Source: Veillonella parvula (GTDB lineage Bacteria > Bacillota > Negativicutes > Veillonellales > Veillonellaceae). Taken from it: 64,000 nt of DNA. The notes below the pieces were generated by a model. The model searched no databases, was not told the DNA's origin, and was given only the letters and a program-made list of their open reading frames with translations. Made by a program: the position numbers and the translations under genes. This document shows, one piece after another, positions 49,002-59,024 of this stretch; position 1 is the stretch's first letter; each line of letters opens with the position of its first letter. The DNA lies in contig NZ_JBKTIE010000001.1 in assembly GCF_047241225.1 (NCBI RefSeq), forward strand, positions 173,172 to 237,171, given 5' to 3'.

Positions 49002-49814
49002 ATGAAGTCAAAATATAGTAAGGTTAAAATAACGGCATTAACATTAACTTTTGTGTGTGCCACAACAGCCATGGTTGGCGCAACAACATTACAATATGGT
49101 GATAAGGGCAAAAGTGTTACAGCGGTTCAACAACAACTAATTAAACACGGCTATAATGCTACAGATAAAAATGGTGTATATGGTAAGGAAACGAAGTGGG
49201 CAGTTCGTTTGTTCCAACAAGATCGTGGCCTTCCAGTGGATGGTATCGTAGGTCCTGCTACGTATAACGCATTGATGGGTGCTCCTCGTTCTACGAAGGC
49301 AGTATTGACTCAAAATGCAGCGACTAAAGCAGTAGCAACGAAATCCGCTTTTACAAACAGTAATGCGACATCCCGTCGTATTGCTGGTCAATCCATTAAT
49401 GGCAAGAACGTTAAATTAAACAATATTACGAAAAATGAAACACCTAGCAGCATTCACGCAATCTTGGCAGAAGCTGACAAATACCGCGGTGTACCCTATG
49501 TATTTGGCGGTACTACTCCAAGTGGCTTTGACTGCTCCGGTTATGTTAAATATGTATTTGAAAAACAAGGTATTTCTTTACCGCGTTTGGCAGATGAACA
49601 GTATAACGTAGGTGTTGAAGTTTCTCGTGCGAACTTGAAAGCGGGGGATTTGGTATTCTTCGAAACCTATGAACCAGGTCCATCTCACTCCGGTATTTAT
49701 ATTGGTGATGGTAAGTTCATCAGCGCCACTTCCAGTCGTGGTGTTGCAGTAGCAGATCTTGATACTGGCTATTGGGGTGAACGTTACATCGGCGCAAAAC
49801 GCGTTGTACGCTAA
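49002..49814 (+). CDS. Secreted NlpC/P60 peptidoglycan endopeptidase with PG-binding domain
   Basis: Signal peptide; FQQDRGLPVDGIVGPAT PG-binding motif; GVPYVFGG..GFDCSG and SHSGIY catalytic motifs. Confidence 0.93.
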   Translation: MKSKYSKVKITALTLTFVCATTAMVGATTLQYGDKGKSVTAVQQQLIKHGYNATDKNGVYGKETKWAVRLFQQDRGLPVDGIVGPATYNALMGAPRSTKAVLTQNAATKAVATKSAFTNSNATSRRIAGQSINGKNVKLNNITKNETPSSIHAILAEADKYRGVPYVFGGTTPSGFDCSGYVKYVFEKQGISLPRLADEQYNVGVEVSRANLKAGDLVFFETYEPGPSHSGIYIGDGKFISATSSRGVAVADLDTGYWGERYIGAKRVVR

Positions 49815-49830
49815 TTTAATAACTAGCTAT

Positions 49831-49883
49831 AAAAGAGGCTATACGAATCAATTTTGTTTTGTTGATTTGTATAACCTCTTTTT
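49831..49883 (+). terminator. Terminator after the NlpC/P60 gene
   Basis: AAAAGAGGCTATACGAATCAA / TTGATTTGTATAACCTCTTTT long stem with T-run. Confidence 0.75.
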
Positions 49884-50091
49884 ATGTTTATTATTTATGA
49901 TTTAACTAGCGTTGACTAAATTTGACCTTTACTTTTATTGTAAAAAATATGGATTTAAAATTATATTTTTTACGGTTTACTTGAATTGGTGTGAAAGTGC
50001 GTAAATTCCGCATAATCTCAATGTTTTTAATAGATTTTATATCATTTTTGAGTTATAATGAAGAGTAAATAATTTTAGGAGGAATATACAC

Positions 50092-52707
50092 ATGAAGGGT
50101 AATGAACTGCGTCAAGCATACTTGCAGTTTTTTGAAAGTAAAGGACATTTAAAATTAGATAGTTTTTCTCTTATACCAGAAAACGATCCGTCTTTGTTAT
50201 TGATTGGGGCAGGTATGGCGCCATTGAAGCCGTTCTTTACAGGTAAGTTGGTACCTCCTTGTCATCGTATTACAACAAGCCAAAAATGTATGCGTACTGG
50301 TGACCTTGAAAATGTAGGCCGCACAGCTCGTCACCATACATTCTTTGAAATGCTTGGTAACTTCTCCTTCGGTGATTACTTCAAAAAAGAAGCGATTCAC
50401 TGGGCGTGGGAGTTCTTAACTGAAGTTATTAAACTCGATAAAAATAGATTATATGTTACTGTATATCCAGATGACCAAGAAGCGTATGATACATGGCACA
50501 ATGATTGTGGCGTAGAGGAAAGCCATATTACACGCCTTGAAGATAACTTCTGGGAAATTGGTGAAGGCCCATGTGGTCCTGACAGTGAAATCTTCTTCGA
50601 CCAAGGTCCTGAACATGGTTGTGATGACCCTAATTGTGCACCAGGTTGTGACTGCGATCGCTATCTTGAAATCTGGAACTTAGTATTTACTCAATTTAAT
50701 AAAATGCCAGATGGTTCCTATGAACCATTACAACACAAAAACATTGATACAGGCGCTGGTCTTGAACGATTGGCTTCCGTATTACAAGGTTGTAAAACAA
50801 ACTTTGAAACTGATTTGATTTTTCCTATTATTGAAGCCACTGCAAAACGGGCTGGAGTGAAATACAATGAAGATCTAAATACAGATGTTTCTTTGAAGGT
50901 TATTGCTGACCATGCTCGTGCTGTCACAGCATTGATTTCCGATGGTGTGTTACCGTCTAATGAAGGTCGTGGCTACGTATTGCGTCGTATTTTACGCCGT
51001 GCTGTACGTCATGGACGTTTACTTGGTATCGAAGGTATCTTCTTAACACCTCTTATTGATGTAGTCGTAGACATTCTAGGACCTGGTATTAAATCCATCG
51101 CTGAGAAACAAGATTTCGTTAAACGTGTTGTACAAAACGAAGAAGAACGCTTTAACCAAACATTGGAACAAGGTCTTGAGTTGTTAAACTCTTTAATTGA
51201 TACATTAGCTGCTGAAAAAGCAACTGTTGTTCCTGGTACAGAAGTATTTAAACTATATGATACATATGGATTCCCTTGGGAATTAACAGAGGAAATAGCT
51301 TCTGAACGCGGCTTTACAATCGACCATGAAGGTTTTGAAGCAGCTATGAAAGAACAACGTGAACGCGCTCGTGAAGCTCGTGTAAAAGAAGATGCGAAGG
51401 TAGCAACACCAGACATTACATTCTTGCAAGATGAAGAACTTGTTGAAGATGAGGCAGAAACTGCATCCGCCGTATTGATGCTTGGTAAAGGTTCTGAACG
51501 CTTGCAAACAGCAGCTGATGGCGATGAAATTACTGTTATCGTACGCACTACTCCATTCCATGCTGAAGGGGGCGGTCAATTAGGTGATACAGGCTTTATC
51601 GTGGGCCCAATGGGTAAGGTAGAGGTTCATAATACAAAACGTTTACCAGAAGGTACTGTATATCATATCGGTACTGTTATAGAAGGTTCTATCTCTGAAG
51701 GTGACGATGTAACGCTTGAAGTGGATACAAATCGTCGTGCAGCAATGGCTCGCAACCATACAGCAACACACTTGTTACATGCAGCATTGAAAAAGGTTCT
51801 TGGCGAGCATGTTAACCAAGCGGGTTCTCTAGTAACTCCTGATTACTTGCGTTTTGACTTCACTCATTTCTCCCCTGTAACACAAGAGGAACTTGATCAA
51901 ATCGAAGCACTTGTAAACGAAGAAATTTTAAAAGCTACGGACCTAGATATCGCTGAAATGTCCATGGACGAAGCAAAAGCGAAAGGTGCGATGGCACTCT
52001 TTGGAGATAAATATGGAGATGTAGTTCGCGTTGTAGAGGTTCCTGGCTTCTCCGTTGAATTATGTGGTGGTTCTCATGTAGGCAACACAGCTTTCATTAG
52101 TTCCTTCCGTTTAACTTCTGAAGCTGGTATCGGTTCTGGTGTACGTCGTATTGAAGCGATTACAGGTCGTGCAGCTCTCGATGCAGCAAAACAAGATCGT
52201 TTGACTATTGAACGCATGGCAAGCGAGCTTAAAACTAAAGCACCTCAAATAGAAGAACGCTTACACCAAGTGTTGACAGAAGCTAAAGACACAGCAAAAG
52301 AATTAGAACAAATTCGTAAAGAAGTTTCTGCAGCGGGTGCAGCTGACATCGTTGCTGGTAAAGTTGTGATAGGTGATGTTGAATTTGTTGCCGCAGCTGT
52401 AAAGGCGTCCTCCATCGATGAATTGCGTGATTTAGCTGATATGGGCCTTGATAAATTGAATGGCTCTGGTGTGGTTCTTGTAGGCGCTGCTATGGGCGAT
52501 GATAAGGTAAACTTTGTATGTAAAGTATCTAAAGATGTCGTTGCTAAAGGTGCAAAAGCAGGTAATATTGTTAAAGCAGCAGCTCAAGTAGCTGGAGGTA
52601 ATGGCGGTGGCCGTCCGGATATGGCACAAGCAGGTGGCAAAGAGCCAGCTAAATTAATGGAAGCATTAAAAGCTGGTGGTGAAGCCTTAAAATCTATGTT
52701 ACAATAG
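50092..52707 (+). CDS. alaS: Alanine--tRNA ligase
   Basis: RHHTFFEMLGNFSFGDYFK, NHTATHLLH editing motif, ELCGGSHV, GGGRPDMAQAGG. Confidence 0.99.
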   Translation: MKGNELRQAYLQFFESKGHLKLDSFSLIPENDPSLLLIGAGMAPLKPFFTGKLVPPCHRITTSQKCMRTGDLENVGRTARHHTFFEMLGNFSFGDYFKKEAIHWAWEFLTEVIKLDKNRLYVTVYPDDQEAYDTWHNDCGVEESHITRLEDNFWEIGEGPCGPDSEIFFDQGPEHGCDDPNCAPGCDCDRYLEIWNLVFTQFNKMPDGSYEPLQHKNIDTGAGLERLASVLQGCKTNFETDLIFPIIEATAKRAGVKYNEDLNTDVSLKVIADHARAVTALISDGVLPSNEGRGYVLRRILRRAVRHGRLLGIEGIFLTPLIDVVVDILGPGIKSIAEKQDFVKRVVQNEEERFNQTLEQGLELLNSLIDTLAAEKATVVPGTEVFKLYDTYGFPWELTEEIASERGFTIDHEGFEAAMKEQRERAREARVKEDAKVATPDITFLQDEELVEDEAETASAVLMLGKGSERLQTAADGDEITVIVRTTPFHAEGGGQLGDTGFIVGPMGKVEVHNTKRLPEGTVYHIGTVIEGSISEGDDVTLEVDTNRRAAMARNHTATHLLHAALKKVLGEHVNQAGSLVTPDYLRFDFTHFSPVTQEELDQIEALVNEEILKATDLDIAEMSMDEAKAKGAMALFGDKYGDVVRVVEVPGFSVELCGGSHVGNTAFISSFRLTSEAGIGSGVRRIEAITGRAALDAAKQDRLTIERMASELKTKAPQIEERLHQVLTEAKDTAKELEQIRKEVSAAGAADIVAGKVVIGDVEFVAAAVKASSIDELRDLADMGLDKLNGSGVVLVGAAMGDDKVNFVCKVSKDVVAKGAKAGNIVKAAAQVAGGNGGGRPDMAQAGGKEPAKLMEALKAGGEALKSMLQ

Positions 52708-52861
52708 GCATATAATTTTATAATTATACTTGTATCTGTTATAGAAATTTTTTATAATGCATAAAAAGTTACTGACTTTGTAGCTTTAATTCAAGTATAA
52801 TAGTAGGTGAGATTTCACTTGTATAGTGAAATCTGCCGATGTAATAAAAAGGAGGGATACG

Positions 52862-53122
52862 ATGAACGTTTCAGATGAAACCATGTTATTCCGTAAAGTA
52901 GACGATGAACCGATGACCGCTGAAGAGGTGCTTACGCGTGTTTATCAATCTATTCAAGAAAAAGGTTACAATCCAATTAATCAAATCTTAGGGTATCTAA
53001 TCTCTGGAGATCCTGCGTATATAACAAGTTATAATAATGCGCGTTCCGATATCCGCCGTTTAGAGCGTGATGACTTGATTGAAGAATTGTTGAAAGAATA
53101 CGCAAAGGCTAAACAATTATAA
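52862..53122 (+). CDS. ireB: IreB/ReoM (UPF0297) regulatory phosphoprotein
   Basis: DETM, EKGYNPINQILGYLISGDPAYIT. Confidence 0.93.
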   Translation: MNVSDETMLFRKVDDEPMTAEEVLTRVYQSIQEKGYNPINQILGYLISGDPAYITSYNNARSDIRRLERDDLIEELLKEYAKAKQL

Positions 53123-53541
53123 TGAGAATTATGTCATTAGATGTAGGCAGCCGTACTATTGGTATTGCCTGTAGCGATGCACTGCTCATGACTGCACAAG
53201 GTATTGAAACCATTCGTAGAACATCTCTGGAAAAAGACTTTAATCGCTTACAAGAACTCATTTCTGAATATGAAGTACATGAACTTGTGGTAGGTATGCC
53301 GAAAAATATGAATGGTACAAAAGGTGAACGGGCTGAAAAGACTGAAGAATTCGTTGCAAAAATGAAGGAAGTCATCGATTTACCTTTTACATATTGGGAT
53401 GAGCGGTTATCTACTGTTATGGCTGAACGTCAACTCATCGCAGCTGACGTGAGCCGTAAAAAGCGTAAATCTGTTATCGATAAAATGGCAGCGGTTGTAA
53501 TTTTGCAAGGATATTTAGATCGCTTGCAGTTTAATAAATAA
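53122..53541 (+). CDS. ruvX: RuvX/YqgF RNase H-like nuclease
   Basis: SLDVGSRTIGIA, VVGMP, WDERLST, IDKMAAVVILQ. Confidence 0.95.
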   Translation: MRIMSLDVGSRTIGIACSDALLMTAQGIETIRRTSLEKDFNRLQELISEYEVHELVVGMPKNMNGTKGERAEKTEEFVAKMKEVIDLPFTYWDERLSTVMAERQLIAADVSRKKRKSVIDKMAAVVILQGYLDRLQFNK

Positions 53542-53567
53542 GTATTTTTCCTTAAGGAGGGTTTCCA

Positions 53568-53864
53568 ATGGTTGACCAAAATTTTGAAGGTGAAGTGTAT
53601 TATTTGGAATTTGAAGACGAACATGGTAATAAACAATACTTCACAGAAGATGTTATCTTGAGCCATGAAGGTCAAGAGTATGCCGTTCTTGTACATGTAC
53701 AAGATGAAGATGCCGACCATGAAGGTCAAGATGACACATACATGATCTTGGCTCGCATCGAAACAAATGAAGAAGGCGTAGAAGAATACGTACCTTTGGA
53801 TGAAGAAGATGAAAACTTTGAAACTCTAGTAAAACTGTATGAAGACATGGATGAAGACGAATAA
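53568..53864 (+). CDS. DUF1292 (YrzB-like) acidic protein
   Basis: Acidic 98 aa with DEHGN and EYAVL; conserved position after ruvX. Confidence 0.8.
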   Translation: MVDQNFEGEVYYLEFEDEHGNKQYFTEDVILSHEGQEYAVLVHVQDEDADHEGQDDTYMILARIETNEEGVEEYVPLDEEDENFETLVKLYEDMDEDE

Positions 53865-53882
53865 TCGTTTTTAGCATAAATT

Positions 53883-53915
53883 TAGCGTGTTGTCAGTGGA
53901 CAATGCGCTATTTTT
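53883..53915 (+). terminator. Terminator after the DUF1292 gene
   Basis: TAGCGTGTTGTC / GACAATGCGCTA stem then T5. Confidence 0.8.
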
Positions 53916-54107
53916 ATTTTGTTATACATTATCATTGTTGTAAAAAGCAGAGACTTCATTCATGCTAAGGGTATAACAAATACATAAAATTAATATATTG
54001 CATAAAATGGAATAAGCGGAATCATTGCCCTTTTATATAGGGGAAATATAGAGTTTATGGTATAATGAATTGATATACTGTTATGTTACAGAAAGGAACT
54101 CAACAAC

Positions 54108-55541
54108 GTGAGAAAAGCCTTAAGATATATTTTGATCCTAGTTATTGTAGGTATATTAATTATTGGTGGAGGCCTTGGTGCATTGTACTTTGTACCGAAT
54201 ACCTTTGCTCAAGATGATGGAACACAAGTAGTCGTTATTGAAAAAGGTCAAACGGGTACTGAAATTGCAGATATGCTTTTTGAAAGAGGGCTTATTCGCT
54301 CAACTCAGGGCTTTAAGCTCTGGTTATACTTGAGTGGCACCAATGATAAGCTTCAAACTGGTCATTATCAAATACCTAATAAGGTAACTGTGCGCGAACT
54401 CATTTCCTTATTACAAGAAGGTCATGTAGAATCTATTCGTATTACAATTCCTGAAGGATATACAGTTGGTGATATTGCTATCGTTCTTGAAAAGAATCAA
54501 ATCATGAAGGCGAAGGACTTCTTGGCTGAAGCTAAAACTTATGTACCATACCCATACATGAAAGGTACAAAACCTGCTACATATCCTGTAGAAGGCTTCT
54601 TGTTCCCAAGTACGTATGAAATCCCCGTAGGGGCTACACCTCGTGATGTTATTCAAATGATGGCTGATGAAATGAATCGTTATCTCACACCAGCTGTGAA
54701 GAAACAAATTCAAGCTCAACATATGAGTATTCATGACTTTGTAACTTTGGCGTCTATCGTTGAACGAGAGTCGTTATTTGATGCAGACCGTCCAACCATT
54801 GCAGGGGTGTTTAAAAAGCGTCTAGCTCATGGTATTCCATTGCAATCTGATGCGACTATTTCCTATGTACTTGGTTATGCAAAGGAAAATGTAACGATTG
54901 GTGATACACAATTACAAAGCCCATATAATACATATGTATCTAAAGGTTTACCACCAGGACCAATTGCAAACCCTGGTAAAAAAGCTTTAGATGCAGTATT
55001 ACACTCTGAAAATACAGATTATTTATACTTCGTAGCAGATAAAGAGGGGCATAATCACTTCTCTAAATCATACGAAGAACATTTAGCAGAGGTTAATAAA
55101 ATTTATGGCGCTGACACAGTAAAAAATTCTTCTGCTAATACTGAAGTAGCTGCACAAGCTGGTCCTAACTATGACGTAGCAGTAGCGACTACAGAGCCTA
55201 ATTATAATTATAGTTCTGCAGAAGCAGTGGAAGCAGATTCTCAATATGTTGATGTAGAACCTAGTTATAAATACACACCAACTACAGTTCCAGCGGCTGA
55301 GGTCCCAGATCCTGTACCAGGTTCAACACAAAATCAATCATCGACGCAAGTTACGCCAACTGCTCCATCCTATGGAAATAATACAAATACCAATACGTAT
55401 GTACCAACGACGACACCTGTACCTGAATCGATGCAGAACGTTATTCCTAATGCACAACAAGTACCACAAATTCAGGTAGAATCTGCAAATCCGGCTGAAC
55501 GCTCTACGTTGGTAGTTCCTAGTGGTACTAACAATAGATAA
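54108..55541 (+). CDS. mltG: Endolytic transglycosylase MltG with long C-terminal low-complexity tail
   Basis: N-terminal TM, ITIPEG, EGFLFPSTY, LASIVERE, LQSDAT, SPYNTY..GLPPGPIANPG, YLYFVA. Confidence 0.95.
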   Translation: MRKALRYILILVIVGILIIGGGLGALYFVPNTFAQDDGTQVVVIEKGQTGTEIADMLFERGLIRSTQGFKLWLYLSGTNDKLQTGHYQIPNKVTVRELISLLQEGHVESIRITIPEGYTVGDIAIVLEKNQIMKAKDFLAEAKTYVPYPYMKGTKPATYPVEGFLFPSTYEIPVGATPRDVIQMMADEMNRYLTPAVKKQIQAQHMSIHDFVTLASIVERESLFDADRPTIAGVFKKRLAHGIPLQSDATISYVLGYAKENVTIGDTQLQSPYNTYVSKGLPPGPIANPGKKALDAVLHSENTDYLYFVADKEGHNHFSKSYEEHLAEVNKIYGADTVKNSSANTEVAAQAGPNYDVAVATTEPNYNYSSAEAVEADSQYVDVEPSYKYTPTTVPAAEVPDPVPGSTQNQSSTQVTPTAPSYGNNTNTNTYVPTTTPVPESMQNVIPNAQQVPQIQVESANPAERSTLVVPSGTNNR

Positions 55542-55564
55542 TGTAGGAGATTTAATCTACTTTC

Positions 55565-56173
55565 ATGATATTAAATGATATTTTAAATGAACAGCGTATT
55601 TACGCGATGATTAATGATGTGCCGATTTTACGAGAATCTGAGGTTCATCTATTTGAAGAATTAATAGGTTTATACCGGCCCACCTCTGTGTTAGAGGTGG
55701 GCACAGCCATTGGTTACTCCGCTTTGTTGATGGCACCATTACTCGACGAAGAGGATGGGCATATTACCTCCATTGAATTGGATGATGTGCGCTATGAAAT
55801 GGCGAAATACTATATTAACCAATCCGATTATACCGATAAAATTACATTGCTGAAAGGCGATGCGTCTCAAGTCTTAACGGAACTCACAGGCGAATACGAT
55901 CTAGTGTTTTTAGATGGACCAAAGGGGCAATATTTAAAACAACTTGAACTTATTCTGCCACATGTGAAAGAAGGGGGCGTCATTCTTGCAGATAATGTAC
56001 TCTTTAGAGGCTATGTAAGGGGCGATAAGGAACCGCCAAAACGGTTCAAAACTATCGTAAAACGGTTACAAGAATACTTAACATATGTTGAAAATAAAGA
56101 ATTGTTTAACACCACCATTTATCCCATGGGTGATGGTATGAGTGTGAGTGTGTGGAAAGGGCACAACAAATAA
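55565..56173 (+). CDS. trmR: O-methyltransferase YrrM/TrmR-like (tRNA ho5U methylation)
   Basis: LEVGTAIGYS, FLDGPKGQY, ADNVLFRG; mltG-MTase-U32 synteny. Confidence 0.78.
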   Translation: MILNDILNEQRIYAMINDVPILRESEVHLFEELIGLYRPTSVLEVGTAIGYSALLMAPLLDEEDGHITSIELDDVRYEMAKYYINQSDYTDKITLLKGDASQVLTELTGEYDLVFLDGPKGQYLKQLELILPHVKEGGVILADNVLFRGYVRGDKEPPKRFKTIVKRLQEYLTYVENKELFNTTIYPMGDGMSVSVWKGHNK

Positions 56174-57417
56174 TGGCAGAACATTTTATGGAATTGCTTT
56201 GTCCTGCAGGTAATATGGACAAGCTTAAAATGGCTATCCGCTATGGTGCGGATGCCGTATATTGCGCAGGTAAACGTTTTGGCTTGCGCGCAGGTAACTC
56301 TAATTTCTCCGATGAGGAATTAAAGGAAGCTGTAGAATTTGTACATGCGCATGGCAAAAAGATTCATGTTACATGTAATATCATTCCTCACAACGAGGAC
56401 TTCGAAGGCTTAGAGGATTATTTGAAATTCCTTGAAAGTATCGGTGTTGATGCTATCATCGTTGCCGATATGGGTATCTTTAGCCTTGCTAAGCGCGTAG
56501 CTCCAGGTTTAGAGCTTCACGTAAGTACACAAGCTTCTACTACGAATTGGCATACAGTTCAGATGTGGAAAGAACTTGGTGCCACACGTGTTGTAGCGGC
56601 TCGCGAAGTATCCTTAGCAGACCTTAAAGAAATGAAGGACCATGTAGATATTGAAATTGAGTCCTTTGTACATGGTTCTATGTGTATCTCTTACTCCGGT
56701 CGCTGCTTATTGTCTAACTATATGACAGGTAATCGCGATGCTAACCGTGGTCAATGTTCTCAATCTTGCCGTTGGAAATATTCTCTTGTAGAGTCTAATC
56801 GACCTGGTGAATATTACCCAATCGAAGAAGATGAACATGGTACGTATATATTTAACTCTAAAGACTTGTGCTTGATTCACCGCATTCCAGATCTTTATGA
56901 AGCTGGTATTGATAGCCTTAAAATCGAAGGACGTATGAAATCAGTTCACTATTGTGCCACAGTGGCAAAAGTATATCGTACAGCGATTGATACATACCTT
57001 AAAGAAGGTAAAGATTGGTATGTTCGTCCAGAATGGATTGCAGAATTAGAGAAGATTTCCCATCGTCCTTATACAGATGGTTTTGCAGAAGGTCGTCCTG
57101 ATGAAACGGCTCAAAACTATGGTAAATCTACGAATACGCAGAGCCATGACTTCATCGGTTTAGTTATGGGCTACAACGAAGAAGAAAAATACGTTGATCT
57201 TGAACAACGTAATAACTTCAAGGTGGGCGATAAGGTAGAATTCTGCCAACCGAAAGGGGAACTCGTTGAAACTGTTATCGAAAAAATGACAGATGAAGAT
57301 GGCAATCCTATCGATGTAGCACCTCACGCACAAATGAAAGTACGCATTTACATGGATACACCACTTGAACCGTATTCCATGATGCGTCGTGAGTGCAAAC
57401 CTAAAGAGGATGAATAG
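56173..57417 (+). CDS. U32 peptidase family, TrhP/YrrO-like tRNA hydroxylation protein
   Basis: ELLCPAG, GADAVY, HVSTQ, MCISYSGRC..NRGQCSQSCR, SLKIEGRMKS. Confidence 0.92.
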   Translation: MAEHFMELLCPAGNMDKLKMAIRYGADAVYCAGKRFGLRAGNSNFSDEELKEAVEFVHAHGKKIHVTCNIIPHNEDFEGLEDYLKFLESIGVDAIIVADMGIFSLAKRVAPGLELHVSTQASTTNWHTVQMWKELGATRVVAAREVSLADLKEMKDHVDIEIESFVHGSMCISYSGRCLLSNYMTGNRDANRGQCSQSCRWKYSLVESNRPGEYYPIEEDEHGTYIFNSKDLCLIHRIPDLYEAGIDSLKIEGRMKSVHYCATVAKVYRTAIDTYLKEGKDWYVRPEWIAELEKISHRPYTDGFAEGRPDETAQNYGKSTNTQSHDFIGLVMGYNEEEKYVDLEQRNNFKVGDKVEFCQPKGELVETVIEKMTDEDGNPIDVAPHAQMKVRIYMDTPLEPYSMMRRECKPKEDE

Positions 57418-57420
57418 TTT

Positions 57421-57702
57421 ATGAGTGGTGCAGCCTTAGAGCCGAGTAAATCAATTGGTGCATTTCCAGATGTACCCGATTTAACCACCTCTGGAGAAGA
57501 AGCGTATGTGTACTTTTACATTGATCCTAAGCATACGAATTTCATCAATCGCATCATTGAAGGCTATGAATATTTAGGTGTTATGACCTCGGTAGATACG
57601 AGTGGGCGGTGCATGTTGCGCTGCACACCATCTACAAGGCCTTTGGCGCTTGAAGTATTAAGTAGTTTATCCGACTATGTCACTATAGAAGATAAAGTAT
57701 AA
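57421..57702 (+). CDS. Small conserved protein, DUF4911-like
   Basis: FINRIIEGYEYLGVMTSVD pattern; 3 nt after the U32 gene. Confidence 0.65.
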   Translation: MSGAALEPSKSIGAFPDVPDLTTSGEEAYVYFYIDPKHTNFINRIIEGYEYLGVMTSVDTSGRCMLRCTPSTRPLALEVLSSLSDYVTIEDKV

Positions 57703-57797
57703 TCATGATTGTAAATTGTATGAGGGAATTTTGTGATTATACTAGATTTACAATTATATTAAATGTATACGAATTGTAGAGAAATGAGAGTATATCT

Positions 57798-58787
57798 ATG
57801 AAACAATCTATTTTGAAACGCACACTATTAACAGCTTGCCTTGGAGCATCTATGGCAGGTGTAGCTATGGCGGGCCCTGTAGGCCCTGTAATCATTCCTC
57901 AAGCCGGGGATGTGGTTGTTATCAACCATGGTCCTGATATGACTTTCACAGGGAATATCAATTTCGATGTTGAAAGCCAAACTAACAACAATTTACAAAT
58001 TGGTTCTACTGTGATTCCTAATGTGGTATACGGTGCGGCTTTCAATAAGTCTGGCGCACCAGATACTATCATCCCGGCTCAAACGTATGTATATGTAGGC
58101 ACAAAAGACGAGGCGAATGCTTTCACAGAAGCTAGCGATGCAGACAAAAAAGGTGCAAGTTGGGACGTGGAAACATTGAAGAAAACTAAATCTGGCGATG
58201 TACAATTGGCGAGCCGTGGCATTCCTGAAAAACCATTGGCTAATCAAGTGGCGACCATTAAAGATTCCATTATGCTTAGCGCTGTAGACCTCAGTACTAC
58301 AGAGGTGGGACGCAATAGCAAGGGCGTTTTATATATGACCGTGCCTAAGGAATTGAAATTGACTGCTGACACAGGCATTCCTGATGATGTGCGCGAAACG
58401 ATGCCAGCCATGTTCCGGGGCAAAATGGGAGACTCCCTCATGGTAAACCTCATGCCTCTAAATGAGGAAGAGAAGCAACAATTAGCGGCAAATCCACATA
58501 ATGCAAATACTATCGTATTCAACCGTGGTATGAACATGGCAAAAATGATTGGATCCTCTGCACGTACAAGCAAGGTGTACACATACATGAAGGACCATTA
58601 TTTGAACCTTGTTATTGTAGCGAAAGATTACGATGATAACGGTGCTCGTGGTAGCGGTGTTATGATGGTATCTAAACAAGATAACTCTAATGACGTGCTC
58701 TTAACACTCTACAAAGGTCCAGACCTTTCTACTAGCAAATTGGAAAAAGTAATTGGTGCTATGTTGTCTACAAACTTCAAACGTTAA
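57798..58787 (+). CDS. Hypothetical exported protein
   Basis: 329-aa ORF with Sec-type signal MKQSILKRTLLTACLGASMAGVAMA; no family recognised. Confidence 0.8.
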   Translation: MKQSILKRTLLTACLGASMAGVAMAGPVGPVIIPQAGDVVVINHGPDMTFTGNINFDVESQTNNNLQIGSTVIPNVVYGAAFNKSGAPDTIIPAQTYVYVGTKDEANAFTEASDADKKGASWDVETLKKTKSGDVQLASRGIPEKPLANQVATIKDSIMLSAVDLSTTEVGRNSKGVLYMTVPKELKLTADTGIPDDVRETMPAMFRGKMGDSLMVNLMPLNEEEKQQLAANPHNANTIVFNRGMNMAKMIGSSARTSKVYTYMKDHYLNLVIVAKDYDDNGARGSGVMMVSKQDNSNDVLLTLYKGPDLSTSKLEKVIGAMLSTNFKR

Positions 58788-58806
58788 TATACAAATAAAG
58801 TATATA

Positions 58807-58884
58807 AAATGGCTCGAGATTCTGATATGTTCCGCCTTTACTGGTTGTCTAGTAAAGGGGGCCATATCATTCTCGGGCCGTTTT
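58807..58884 (+). terminator. Terminator hairpin after the hypothetical gene, with an insertion in its loop
   Basis: Outer stem AAAATGGCTCGAG / CTCGGGCCGTTTT followed by CTTT. Confidence 0.7.
58823..58869. mobile_element. 47-bp miniature IS3-like element (MITE or IS scar)
   Basis: TG...CA ends; imperfect IRs TGATATGTTCCGCCTTTACTGG and (rc) TGATATGGCCCCCTTTACTAG; TTC direct repeats at 58820-58822 and 58870-58872. Confidence 0.65.
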
Positions 58885-59024
58885 CTTTAAAATATAAATG
58901 TATCAATATAAATGAAGAGAAGATTTACAATTTATGGATTTAAAAAATTACAATTTATAGTTTTCAAGAAATTTACAGTTAAACTGTATTGAATTTTTTA
59001 GTCCTCTATGATACTATAATCTAG

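Noticed and set aside
49884..50091. T-box upstream of alaS, and a dif-like CGCATAAT near 50008
   Set aside because: No T-box consensus or terminator is present; the XerD arm of a dif site does not match.
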